Assembly: GCA_964590345.1 (NCBI GenBank) | Contig: CAZPVP010000003.1 | Coordinates: forward strand, 3,634 to 67,633 | DNA length: 64,000 bases | Source of the DNA: an uncultured Gammaproteobacteria bacterium | GTDB lineage: Bacteria > Patescibacteriota > Patescibacteriia > CAIXNZ01 | Direction of reading: 5' to 3' | Shown: in pieces, positions 17,959-27,574 of the stretch | How the letters are laid out: every line of letters starts with the position of its first letter | Numbering within the stretch: position 1 is the first letter of the stretch | Made by a program: the position numbers and the translations under genes | Notes under the pieces: generated by a model | Told to the model about the DNA's origin: nothing | Database searches by the model: none | Seen by the model: only the letters and a program-made list of their open reading frames with translations

Positions 17959-20955
17959 ATGACAAATAATTCGCTTATACTTAATTTTGAACAAAAAAAG
18001 GCAATTACCTTTAGTAAAGGCCCTCTTTTAATTGTGGCAGGGGCTGGTACAGGAAAGACGATGGTAATTACGCAGAGAATTCAGCATTTAATTTTAGATA
18101 AAAATGTTAATACCGATAGGATTTTGGCTCTAACTTTTACTGAAAAAGCAGCAGAAGAAATGGAAGAACGCGTTGATAAACTTTTGCCTTATGGTTATGT
18201 TGATTTATGGATTTCTACTTTTCATTCATTTTGCCAGAAAATTTTAGAGCAGCAGGCAATTGATATTGGTTTGCCTAATGGTTTTAAACTGCTGAATGAA
18301 ACTGCTCAATGGCTTTTAGTGCGCCAAAATTTAGATAAATTTGATTTGGATTATTACAAGCCTTTGGGCAACCCGACTAAATTTATTCAGGCCTTAATCC
18401 GCCATTTTTCCAGAGCTAAAGACGAAGAGGTTTATCCGGAACATTATCTTGAATATGCTCAGACACTTAAGCAAAATGCTGATTCATCTATGAGTGACGA
18501 ACTTTTAGATCAGGAAAGTTTACGTATTAAAGAAATTGCCGAAGCCTATCATGTTTATCAGCAATTGCTTTTAGATAATAATTATTTGGATTTTGGCGAT
18601 TTGATTAATTATACTTTAAAACTTTTTAGAACCAGGCCAAATATTTTAAAAAAATACCAAGAGCAGTTTGAATATATTTTGCTAGATGAGTTTCAGGATA
18701 CAAATTTTGCCCAGTATGATTTAGTTAAGCTTTTAGCTGGTCAAAAGAAAAATTTAACGGTAGTAGGGGATGATGATCAGTCAATTTATAAATTCAGAGG
18801 TGCTTCTGTTTCTAATATATTGCAGTTTAAAAAAGATTTTCCCAAAAGCCAGGAAATTGTTTTAACTATTAATTATCGATCCAATCAAAATATTTTAGAT
18901 TTAGCTTATAATTTTATTCAGTTAAATAATCCTAATCGTTTGGAATATCAATTAAGCAAGCAAAGCAAAATTGATAAAAAAGGTAAATTGAATAAGTTTG
19001 ATAAAAAATTAAAAGCCAATGAGAAAGGCGATGGCCTGATTGAACATATTCATGAAAAGAGCCTTGATTGGGAAGTTGAAGCAATAATTAAAAAGATAGC
19101 GGAATTAAAGAAAAAAGATAAAGAAGCGTCTTGGAGTGATTTTGCTATTTTGGTTAGAGCAAATGATTCTGCTAATCCTTTTATAAATTATTTACGAAGG
19201 ACAGATATTCCTTATCAATTTTTAGCTTTGCGCGGTTTATATAATAAGCCGGTTATCTTGGATATATTTGCTTATTTTAAGCTTTTGGATAATTATCATG
19301 AATCTCCGGCTGTTTTTAGAATTTTATGTTCGCCAGTAGTAGATATTTCTCAAGAAGATATTGTTAAAATTTGTCATCAGGCAAATTGGAAAACCAAATC
19401 AATTTATGAAGTTTTGCAGGAAATTTCAACTTTAAAGGGGATAGCTAAAAAAACTGTTTCTGAAATTAATTTTCTGCTTGGCTTGATTACAAAACACAGT
19501 CAAATGGTTAAGGAAAAAAGTGTGGGAGAAGTTTTAAAAGCTTTTTTAGAAGATTCAGAATATTTGGAAAAATTAGTTAAGCAGGATGAATATGAAAGCA
19601 ATCAGGCCATTTCTTACCTTAATCAGTTTTATAAAAAAATTAAAAAATTTGAAGAATCAGTGGCTGACCCGAATTTAAAAGCTTTTATGCAGGAAATTGA
19701 TTTAGAGCTGGAAGCAGGGGAGCAGGGGCCATTAAGCTTTGATATAGAAGCAGGTCCTGAAATGGTTAAAATCATGACAGTTCATGCAGCCAAAGGGTTA
19801 GAATTTAAATATGTTTTTATACCTAATTTAGTTGATCGCCGTTTTCCCACTAATGAAAGAAAAGAGCCAATTGAATTGCCTGACGAATTAATTAAGGAAA
19901 TTTTGCCTGAGGGGGATATTCATTTGCAAGAGGAGCGCAGGCTTTTTTATGTGGCTATGACTCGGGCTAAGCATGGTTTATTCTTGACCTCAGCAGATGA
20001 TTATGGCGGAGCCAGAAAAAAGAAAATTTCAAGATTTTTAGAGGAATTAGCTGAAACAAATAAAAATTTTAATTTAAGCAAAAAATCATTAAGTTCTGCT
20101 CAATCTCTGGCAGTGTTAAAGGTTGCAGAAAGTGATAAGGGTGTCAAAAATGAAAAGCCTGAATATGAATTACCCAGTCGTTTTTCTTATTCGCAATTGG
20201 CTGCTTTTTCAAAGTGTCCTTATCAGTATAAATTAGGTTTTATTTTACGAGTGCCGGTTTTTGGCAAAGCTGTTTTTTCTTATGGCAAAAGCATGCATAA
20301 AACCCTGGAAGAATTTTTTAAAATGGTTTTAGCAAAAGAGGCCAAGAAACAGGCTGATTTATTTGAAGGCAAAGAAAAAGATAAAAAGAAAATAAAGGAT
20401 TTGGTGAAATTTGATGAATTGATAGAACTTTTAAAAACTCATTGGCTTGATGAATGGTATAAAGATAAAGAACAGCGGGAAAAGTACTATAAACAAGCTC
20501 AAAAAAGTTTAAAAGTTTTTTATGAGCAAGTTAAAGATCAAGTTTGTAAAACCGAAGCAGTTGAAAAGTATTTTAATTTAAAAATAAATGATTTTACAAT
20601 TAAGGGCGTTATAGATAGAATTGACCGTTTGGAAAATAATGCGATTAATATTATTGATTATAAAACTGGTACGCCCAAAGAACAGGATAAATTAAGCTTG
20701 GAAGACAAAATGCAGCTTTTGATTTATCAAATTGCGGCCGAAGAGATTTTGCAGGAGAAAGTCAATAATTTGATTTTTTATTATCTTGATGATAATTCAA
20801 CAGTTGAATTTTTGGGCACTGAAAAAGAAAAAGAAAAAGTTAAGCAAGACATAATTAAAGAAATTGAGGCGATTAATAATTCTAATTTTGCAGCCACGCC
20901 TGGCTGGGTCTGTAAATTTTGCGATTTTAAAAATATTTGCGAATATAAGGTTTAA
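17959..20955 (+). CDS. UvrD/PcrA-like SF1 helicase fused to PD-(D/E)xK nuclease with Fe-S cysteines
   Basis: AGAGTGKT, DEFQDTN, VGDDDQSIYKFRGA, TVHAAKGLEF, EERRLFYVAMTRA; C-terminal SYSQL..CP, GVIDRID, IIDYKTG, CKFCDFKNIC. Confidence 0.9.
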   Translation: MTNNSLILNFEQKKAITFSKGPLLIVAGAGTGKTMVITQRIQHLILDKNVNTDRILALTFTEKAAEEMEERVDKLLPYGYVDLWISTFHSFCQKILEQQAIDIGLPNGFKLLNETAQWLLVRQNLDKFDLDYYKPLGNPTKFIQALIRHFSRAKDEEVYPEHYLEYAQTLKQNADSSMSDELLDQESLRIKEIAEAYHVYQQLLLDNNYLDFGDLINYTLKLFRTRPNILKKYQEQFEYILLDEFQDTNFAQYDLVKLLAGQKKNLTVVGDDDQSIYKFRGASVSNILQFKKDFPKSQEIVLTINYRSNQNILDLAYNFIQLNNPNRLEYQLSKQSKIDKKGKLNKFDKKLKANEKGDGLIEHIHEKSLDWEVEAIIKKIAELKKKDKEASWSDFAILVRANDSANPFINYLRRTDIPYQFLALRGLYNKPVILDIFAYFKLLDNYHESPAVFRILCSPVVDISQEDIVKICHQANWKTKSIYEVLQEISTLKGIAKKTVSEINFLLGLITKHSQMVKEKSVGEVLKAFLEDSEYLEKLVKQDEYESNQAISYLNQFYKKIKKFEESVADPNLKAFMQEIDLELEAGEQGPLSFDIEAGPEMVKIMTVHAAKGLEFKYVFIPNLVDRRFPTNERKEPIELPDELIKEILPEGDIHLQEERRLFYVAMTRAKHGLFLTSADDYGGARKKKISRFLEELAETNKNFNLSKKSLSSAQSLAVLKVAESDKGVKNEKPEYELPSRFSYSQLAAFSKCPYQYKLGFILRVPVFGKAVFSYGKSMHKTLEEFFKMVLAKEAKKQADLFEGKEKDKKKIKDLVKFDELIELLKTHWLDEWYKDKEQREKYYKQAQKSLKVFYEQVKDQVCKTEAVEKYFNLKINDFTIKGVIDRIDRLENNAINIIDYKTGTPKEQDKLSLEDKMQLLIYQIAAEEILQEKVNNLIFYYLDDNSTVEFLGTEKEKEKVKQDIIKEIEAINNSNFAATPGWVCKFCDFKNICEYKV

Positions 20956-21081
20956 CGATTTAATTTTAGAATAAAGCGAGATAACTATTGTCTTTTTCGC
21001 TTTTTATTTTTAGGAAATTTTTTAATTTTAAGGTATAATATAAATATAAATTTTAAAGTCCAAATAAATTTAAATTAGTAA

Positions 21082-23094
21082 ATGTTCAAACAAAAGAAAA
21101 ATAATAAAATTTGGATAGTTTTTTGTATTTTTTTAACTTTGTTTTTTGTTGGCAGATCAGCAAGCCCGACTTTAGCCAGTTGGGGATATATGGATAATAT
21201 TACCCAAGGCAGCGAAAATATAACAGATAGTGCCAATAATCATGATGATGCTGTTTTAAGAATTTATAATGATAAGCCCAGATTAGCTTGGATTGATGAA
21301 ACAACAGGTGAAGTTTATTATACGCAATGGTCAGGTTCATCTTGGACTTATGCTGATGGCAGCACCAGTGGTTATGAAAATATTTCTAATTTAGGAGCGG
21401 GTAAAAGCTATAATATGAGAATGGAAATTGATTCTAACGGTTATCCAAGAATAGTTTTTGATGAGGCTGTTTCAAATGATTACATTTATTATATCCAATG
21501 GTCAGGTAGCTCATGGACACATGCTGATGGCTCTACTGCTGGTAAAGAAATAATAGTCAGTGATAAAGATGCTAGTAATGCTTTAGCTTTAGCTTTGGAT
21601 GATAATGACAAGCCGCATGTAGCCTGGAGTTATGAAGTAGTTGATTTTGAAATTTATTATACAAAGTGGAATGGTTCTGGTTGGACATATGCTGATAGTA
21701 CAACAAATGGCTATGAGCAGGTTTCTGATTTGCCGGATACAATTGAACAATATCCTACTTTAAAAATATATAACAATAATCCTCGAATAATCAGTGGTGC
21801 TTTTGACAATGGTTATCAAATACAATATATTCAGTGGTCGGGTAGTTCGTGGACACATGCCGATGGCTCTACTGCTGGCTGGGAAAATATAGCTGATCCT
21901 AATTCTGAATCAAACAGTCCCCAGATGGAATTGGCTTCAAATGGCTATCCAAGGGTTATTTGGGTTGACGCGATAAGCCCTAGTGATTTTGATATATATT
22001 ATTCACAATGGTCAGGATCTGCCTGGACATATGCCGATGGCACTACTACTGGTTATGAAAATGTTCATGATAATGATAAGCTTTCATATTTATCACCGCG
22101 TCAGACCGCAATGGAAGGAAGCAATATTGCACTTGATCAAAATGACAGGCCAATGATTGTTTGGCGTAACGATGCTGATGGCAATTTTGATATATATTTT
22201 ACAAAATGGTCGGGTAGTGCTTGGACAAAAGCTGATGGTACAGCTGGTTATGATAATCTTTCTGATTCAACGACCTTTAATTATATTCCCAGAATTGAGT
22301 TGGATTCAGTTGATAATCCCGTAGTTTCTTGGAGCCACAATGCATCTGGCAATAGCGATATATATTATACGCAATGGACACCGGGGGCTGGCGAGACGGT
22401 TTGTGGATCGGGGATAACAGATTGTTGGACAACAGCAGAAGAGACTGTTTCAGGTGTTGATAATGTTTCAAATAATTCAGGAGATTCAATAATTGATGAC
22501 ATGGCTTTAAATTCAGTCAATGCAGCTTATTTTGTCTGGCATGATGATACTGATGGTAATTACGATATATATTTTAGCAGGTGGCTTTATGATCAAGAAG
22601 ATCAGGTAAATATTACTGCCGATGTAGAACCATCATTAACTTTCAATATCTCTTCAGCTATTTGTAATTTGGGAACATTTTCAGCCTCAACAATCAAAAC
22701 TTGCAATTATTATACTGAAGTGGATACTAATGCCAGCGGTGGTTATATCGCTTATATTAAAGAAGATGGTAATTTACGAAATGCGACAAATAGCATTAAT
22801 GACGTGACTGATAATGAAGTAACGGCAGGCAGTGAGGAATATGGAGTTGCAACCAGTGATTCTGATTATGCTTCATTAGATATAAATCAGCAGGTAACAG
22901 ATTGCGCCAGTTTAGATGGAAGTTCAACAGCCTCTGCATCAACTTTAACAACCAGTGATCAGTTATTTGCTATAGCTAATCAGCCTGTTAGCAGCGATAC
23001 TGTTCATCTCTGTTTCTCTGCAGCTATTTCAGGTGATACACCTGCCGGGGCTTATTCTAATACTGTAACAATAACTGTAATTGGCAATTTTTAG
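21082..23094 (+). CDS. Secreted protein: 8-repeat beta-propeller-like region plus shared C-terminal WxL/pilin-like domain
   Basis: Signal peptide; repeats YYxQWSGSxWTxADG; ends TPAGAYSNTVTITVIGNF. Confidence 0.75.
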   Translation: MFKQKKNNKIWIVFCIFLTLFFVGRSASPTLASWGYMDNITQGSENITDSANNHDDAVLRIYNDKPRLAWIDETTGEVYYTQWSGSSWTYADGSTSGYENISNLGAGKSYNMRMEIDSNGYPRIVFDEAVSNDYIYYIQWSGSSWTHADGSTAGKEIIVSDKDASNALALALDDNDKPHVAWSYEVVDFEIYYTKWNGSGWTYADSTTNGYEQVSDLPDTIEQYPTLKIYNNNPRIISGAFDNGYQIQYIQWSGSSWTHADGSTAGWENIADPNSESNSPQMELASNGYPRVIWVDAISPSDFDIYYSQWSGSAWTYADGTTTGYENVHDNDKLSYLSPRQTAMEGSNIALDQNDRPMIVWRNDADGNFDIYFTKWSGSAWTKADGTAGYDNLSDSTTFNYIPRIELDSVDNPVVSWSHNASGNSDIYYTQWTPGAGETVCGSGITDCWTTAEETVSGVDNVSNNSGDSIIDDMALNSVNAAYFVWHDDTDGNYDIYFSRWLYDQEDQVNITADVEPSLTFNISSAICNLGTFSASTIKTCNYYTEVDTNASGGYIAYIKEDGNLRNATNSINDVTDNEVTAGSEEYGVATSDSDYASLDINQQVTDCASLDGSSTASASTLTTSDQLFAIANQPVSSDTVHLCFSAAISGDTPAGAYSNTVTITVIGNF

Positions 23095-23120
23095 ATACCA
23101 AATAAAATATCATTTTGATT

Positions 23121-24434
23121 ATGCTTGATTTTTTTTTAAAGCCGAGAGGATCTTTTTATATAATTTTTGTTTTTTTAATATTTTTTTTATTGCCGCAAAA
23201 GTCAGTTGCTTCAAGCTTGCATACTTTAAGCGATAAAATGAGCCGCCATGCGCCGTCTACGCCGGCTGACCATGAAATAAAGTTTACTACGCCAAGCGGG
23301 ATTAATAATTCAGGGGAATATCTAAGGATTATTTTTGACAGCGGCTTTGATTTGTCATCAATACAATATACTGATATTGATTTATACCATGGACCGATAA
23401 CTGGTTTTGAAAAGAGTGAAGTTTTGAGACCGACAGCCGTGGAGACTGCCTGGGGAGTTAATGTCTCCGGTAATCAAATTGATTTTACTCATCCGACAAA
23501 TAATGCAAATGGCGATATTTTAGCTAATGATAAAGTAGTAATTAGGATTGGTTTGAATGCTCAAAATGGACAATATCAAATAATAAATCCAAGTACAACC
23601 GGTTCAAAAATTATAACTTTAAGCGGTAATTACGGCGATTCTGGTAAATTAGCCGTGGCCATTTTTGAAGATCAGCTCGTTGTCGGTGGCCAAACAGAAA
23701 ATTCACCCCCCAATCCTGTTACTTTATATTCGCCGTCAAATATTACCGCTAATTCTATGGTTTTGAGCTGGAGCAAAAATATTGATATTGATTTTGATCG
23801 CTACGAACTTTATATGGCTGAAAATACAGGAGTAACTAATGTCAATGGCTCTTTGGTTTGCCTTAATTCGCTTAATTCAGAAACGTCTTGTATTGTAAGT
23901 TCTTTGACTGGTGATAGGGAGTATTTTTTTGTGCTTTATGTTTATGATACAGAAGGGCTTTATTCTGCCTCAAATGAAGTGATGGCAAAAACGTTAAGTG
24001 TCGGAGGCGGTGCGCCACCACAGCCAGCAATGCCAACGCTTGATGAGCGTCTTTGTCCCATATTTTTGTCAAACACTTTATTGTCAGGAACCAAACCATT
24101 AGGAACAATTATTTTTATTAATGGTTCTGCTGAAGGCATAGATTATCCTACTTTAACAAGTTGGAATTCATTAGTTGATTTGAATTTAGGAAATAATTTG
24201 TTTCTAATTTGGGCGCGTGATAATTATGGCCAAAATAGCGAAGTTTTAAATGCTACGGTTACCCGTTGTGAAGTCGGCGATACAGACTGCAACGGTATTG
24301 TAGATGATTTTGATTTATCTGGATTGGCTTATCATTGGAATACCGCTTGGTGTTACGCTGATTTTAATGAAGATAGTATTGTAGATGATTTTGATTTATC
24401 TGGATTGGCCGCACATTGGGATAAAATATATTAA
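23121..24434 (+). CDS. Secreted beta-sandwich + FN3 + Ig-like + dockerin protein
   Basis: Signal peptide; FN3 (SMVLSWSKN..FDRYELY..LTGDREYFFVL); duplicated GDTDCNGIVDDFDLS / ADFNEDSIVDDFDLS dockerin repeat. Confidence 0.75.
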   Translation: MLDFFLKPRGSFYIIFVFLIFFLLPQKSVASSLHTLSDKMSRHAPSTPADHEIKFTTPSGINNSGEYLRIIFDSGFDLSSIQYTDIDLYHGPITGFEKSEVLRPTAVETAWGVNVSGNQIDFTHPTNNANGDILANDKVVIRIGLNAQNGQYQIINPSTTGSKIITLSGNYGDSGKLAVAIFEDQLVVGGQTENSPPNPVTLYSPSNITANSMVLSWSKNIDIDFDRYELYMAENTGVTNVNGSLVCLNSLNSETSCIVSSLTGDREYFFVLYVYDTEGLYSASNEVMAKTLSVGGGAPPQPAMPTLDERLCPIFLSNTLLSGTKPLGTIIFINGSAEGIDYPTLTSWNSLVDLNLGNNLFLIWARDNYGQNSEVLNATVTRCEVGDTDCNGIVDDFDLSGLAYHWNTAWCYADFNEDSIVDDFDLSGLAAHWDKIY

Positions 24435-24456
24435 GAAATATAAATATAATTTTAAT

Positions 24457-26682
24457 ATGAAATTTTTAATAAAAGTATTTTTAATTATTTTTTCAGGAAG
24501 TTTGATTTCGCCAATTCTACCAATTCAAGCTGCGGGTGACGCAGTTATGACGTTGAGTTCAATAAAGACTGATTATAATGTTGGAGAGACAGTTTATGTT
24601 GATATTGAGGTTGAGCCAAATGGCGCTTATTTAAATACAGTTAGATCCATTATGGATTTTACTGGCGATGATGTTTTGGTAATAGAGGATTTTAATATTG
24701 GCGATGCATTTCCTTATTTAAGTCCTGATTTTGAATTAAATAATGAAACAAATGATATTAATGTCGGCGGTTTTATTTTGGCTGATTCAGTAAATACAGA
24801 TGCATTATTCGGTACTTTAATTTTTAAAGCTAATTCTGTTGGTTCATCAACAATTAATTTTTTAGATGGCTCGCATTTAATTGATGTTAATCAAGTAGAT
24901 CAAATTAATTTAGCCGGCTGTCAGGGGATTACGATTAATGTAATTGGCGAGCCATTACCTGCACCAACTCCTTCACCAGTTAATCAGCCCCCGGTTTTTC
25001 AGCAGGTTGGTAATAAAAATATAAATTTGGGGGAATCAGTAAATTTTGGCGTTTCTGCCAGTGACCCCGAAGGCGATCCAGTTAATTTAACATGGGAAAT
25101 ACCTGCTGGCGCAAGCTTTAGTAATGTTTTAAATAATGCTGCAGAAGTTGGCGGTGATTTTAGCTGGACACCGGATAAAGAGGGAGTTTATAGCGCGACT
25201 TTTACAGCAGTTGATCCCGAGGATAATATTGCAAATTTAACAGTCAGTATCAGCGTTTCTGTAGAACCTTTACCGCCAAATCATGCCCCGGTTTTTGATC
25301 CTGTTTCAGAAAAGACAGTTAATGCTGGCGAAATTTTAACTTTTAATGTTACAGCTACTGATCCCGATGGCGATAATGTGAGTTTGAAATTAGCTGAATT
25401 AGAAAATGCTGCTTTTAATATAATAACCAGCGGACCGACTTCAACCGGGCGTTTTTCCTGGCAGCCGAAAACTTATGGCATTTATTATGCCTTGTTTGAA
25501 GCAACCGATGATCATCCAGAAAATCCTTTGACTAAAAATTTGCCGGTTAGGATTACTGTTTTTGGCGGTGAATGCCCGCCTTGCGGAGGAGGTGATTGTC
25601 CGATCTGCCAGTGTGAAAAGGAAACCGAAGAATTGCCTGTAATTACAGAGAAAGAACCACCAGTTATAAGTTCACCCAGCCATTCTAATCAAGATAAATG
25701 GTATGCGAAAAATAAGCCGCAATTTAGCTGGCAGGTTGATGATCCTGGCTTGGGTTACCATTTCAATTTGGATGAAAAGCCTTTTACCGATCCGGATTAT
25801 GCCTATTTTTACAGCCAGGAAAACTTTTTTTCATTTACTGAGGTAGCAGACGGCTTTTGGTATTTTCATTTGAAAGTTAAATATGCTGATGGCTGGGGGC
25901 CGGTTTCTCATTATCAGGTGAAAATTGATACTACACCGCCCGAATTTTTTAGGCCGAGTATTGAGCAAAATCAGTTATATTTTTCCAGTTTGGACAAGCA
26001 TTCGGGCGTGGCTTATTATGAAATGAAAATAGGGGAAAATCCTTGGCAAAAAGTCATTAGTCCTTTAAATTTAGATGAATTACCTGAATATAGCTCCCAA
26101 TTAATTTTACGTGCTGTTGATAAAGCCGGTAATGCTATAGAAAGTTATATTGATTTGGATAAAAAAGAAGTTGTGGTAGAAAAAGAGCAAAAAAAATATA
26201 TTGTGGAAGAATTTGCTGAGATAATTGAGCCGCCGGTTATTGAAAACGTTAGCTTTGAACGGCTTCGCGATAAATTAATAGTAGAAGATTATTTGATTGT
26301 TTCTGGACGGGCCATACCAAATTCGTTGGTAACAGTTCATTTATCTACAAAACCCGAAACAGTTTTTTATGCCCAAGCCGATAAAAATGGTAATTGGCAG
26401 GCTAAGCTTAAAAAAGAATTAGCAGCTAAAAAATATAATTTGTATGCTACAGCGACAATTGATGATCTGATTTCTTTGCCGTCGGAAAAAGTTTATTTTT
26501 CATTAGTGGAAAAATTTATGCCAAAAGAAGAAGTTAAATTACCCTTTTGGCTTATTGGTTTAATTGCAATTTTAATTATTTTGGTGATTATTTTGTTGAT
26601 GAAAAATATTTCATTGAGAAAGAAATTGGGCAAATTTCAGTCTATGCTGAAAAAATCAAAAGATAAATTATGGAAAAAATAA
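24457..26682 (+). CDS. Membrane-anchored cohesin-domain scaffold with cadherin/Ig-like repeats
   Basis: Signal peptide; cohesin-like VGETVYVDIEV...LFGTLIFKANSVGSSTINF; two NxPPVF..ASDPEGD/ATDPDGD modules; CPPCGGGDCPICQC linker; C-terminal TM plus basic tail. Confidence 0.72.
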   Translation: MKFLIKVFLIIFSGSLISPILPIQAAGDAVMTLSSIKTDYNVGETVYVDIEVEPNGAYLNTVRSIMDFTGDDVLVIEDFNIGDAFPYLSPDFELNNETNDINVGGFILADSVNTDALFGTLIFKANSVGSSTINFLDGSHLIDVNQVDQINLAGCQGITINVIGEPLPAPTPSPVNQPPVFQQVGNKNINLGESVNFGVSASDPEGDPVNLTWEIPAGASFSNVLNNAAEVGGDFSWTPDKEGVYSATFTAVDPEDNIANLTVSISVSVEPLPPNHAPVFDPVSEKTVNAGEILTFNVTATDPDGDNVSLKLAELENAAFNIITSGPTSTGRFSWQPKTYGIYYALFEATDDHPENPLTKNLPVRITVFGGECPPCGGGDCPICQCEKETEELPVITEKEPPVISSPSHSNQDKWYAKNKPQFSWQVDDPGLGYHFNLDEKPFTDPDYAYFYSQENFFSFTEVADGFWYFHLKVKYADGWGPVSHYQVKIDTTPPEFFRPSIEQNQLYFSSLDKHSGVAYYEMKIGENPWQKVISPLNLDELPEYSSQLILRAVDKAGNAIESYIDLDKKEVVVEKEQKKYIVEEFAEIIEPPVIENVSFERLRDKLIVEDYLIVSGRAIPNSLVTVHLSTKPETVFYAQADKNGNWQAKLKKELAAKKYNLYATATIDDLISLPSEKVYFSLVEKFMPKEEVKLPFWLIGLIAILIILVIILLMKNISLRKKLGKFQSMLKKSKDKLWKK

Positions 26683-27371
26683 TTAAAATTATTTTATTGG
26701 CAGCTATTTTAGCAGTCGCCAAAGAGGCTTTTGCCAGCATGACTAGTGATAATTATAATGTTTGGATTGATAATTTGAGCGCTGGTGGCGGGCGAGTAGA
26801 ATCAACTACTTATAAAATAGATTCCAATTTTAGCAGCCAGACAGGTGATGTGGGGCAAAGTACTAATTTTCAGGAAAAAATTGGTTTTTCCCCTATTGAA
26901 GATGAGCCGACGGTTGGTTTTAATATTGCTTCAGTTACTTTGAATTTTGGAGAGCTTTCCTCAAATTCAACAGCTTATTCAAGTCATACTTTTGCTGCTT
27001 ATACAAATTCCAATGCCGGTTATAGCATTAAGGTTTATGGGCAACCGTTAAATACGGATGATTATACCTTAACAGCAATTGGTAGCACTCCCCAAAGTTC
27101 TGAGGTGGGCACTGAACAATTTGGCATGAATTTAGTTGCTAATACCTTGCCTTTGGTTGGTCAAGATCCTTCTGGCGGTGTTGGTCAAGCAGCAAGCAAT
27201 TATGATTCAGAAAACCAATTTGCTTACAATGAGGGCGATGTGGTTGCCGAAGCCGACAGTTTTTCTTATCAGACAGATTATACTGCTTCAATCATTGTTA
27301 ATATATCTGGCGAGACTCCGTCCGGAGTTTATGATACGATATTAACTTATGAATTTATTCCGGTTTTTTGA
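26670..27371 (+). CDS. Secreted protein with a divergent copy of the shared C-terminal domain
   Basis: Signal peptide, MTSDNY..D..SAGGG..S..Y N-terminus; TNSNAGY, GTEQFG, TPSGVYDTILTYEFIPVF. Confidence 0.65.
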   Translation: MEKIIKIILLAAILAVAKEAFASMTSDNYNVWIDNLSAGGGRVESTTYKIDSNFSSQTGDVGQSTNFQEKIGFSPIEDEPTVGFNIASVTLNFGELSSNSTAYSSHTFAAYTNSNAGYSIKVYGQPLNTDDYTLTAIGSTPQSSEVGTEQFGMNLVANTLPLVGQDPSGGVGQAASNYDSENQFAYNEGDVVAEADSFSYQTDYTASIIVNISGETPSGVYDTILTYEFIPVF

Positions 27372-27372
27372 G

Positions 27373-27381
27373 TTATCCACA
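27373..27381 (+). promoter_or_regulatory. Consensus DnaA box at the start of an AT-rich intergenic region
   Basis: TTATCCACA exact match. Confidence 0.4.
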
Positions 27382-27574
27382 GATTTTCATATTCATCATT
27401 TTAAAATTATTTATTTTGTGTTATAATATATTTAAGTCATAAAATTTATTAATAATTATTTTTTGCAAAATCATGGATTTTGTTAAATATTTTATAATAA
27501 GTAATTCATATATATATATATTTAGAAATACTAATTTTTAGTATTTTTATTTTTTTAATAAATATTTAAATTAA

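Noticed and set aside
20200-20955. Cas4-like nuclease with Fe-S cysteines
   Set aside because: It is the C-terminal domain of a UvrD fusion, with no CRISPR context.
27372-27574. Replication origin
   Set aside because: Only one DnaA box, no dnaA/dnaN nearby and no orientation switch here.
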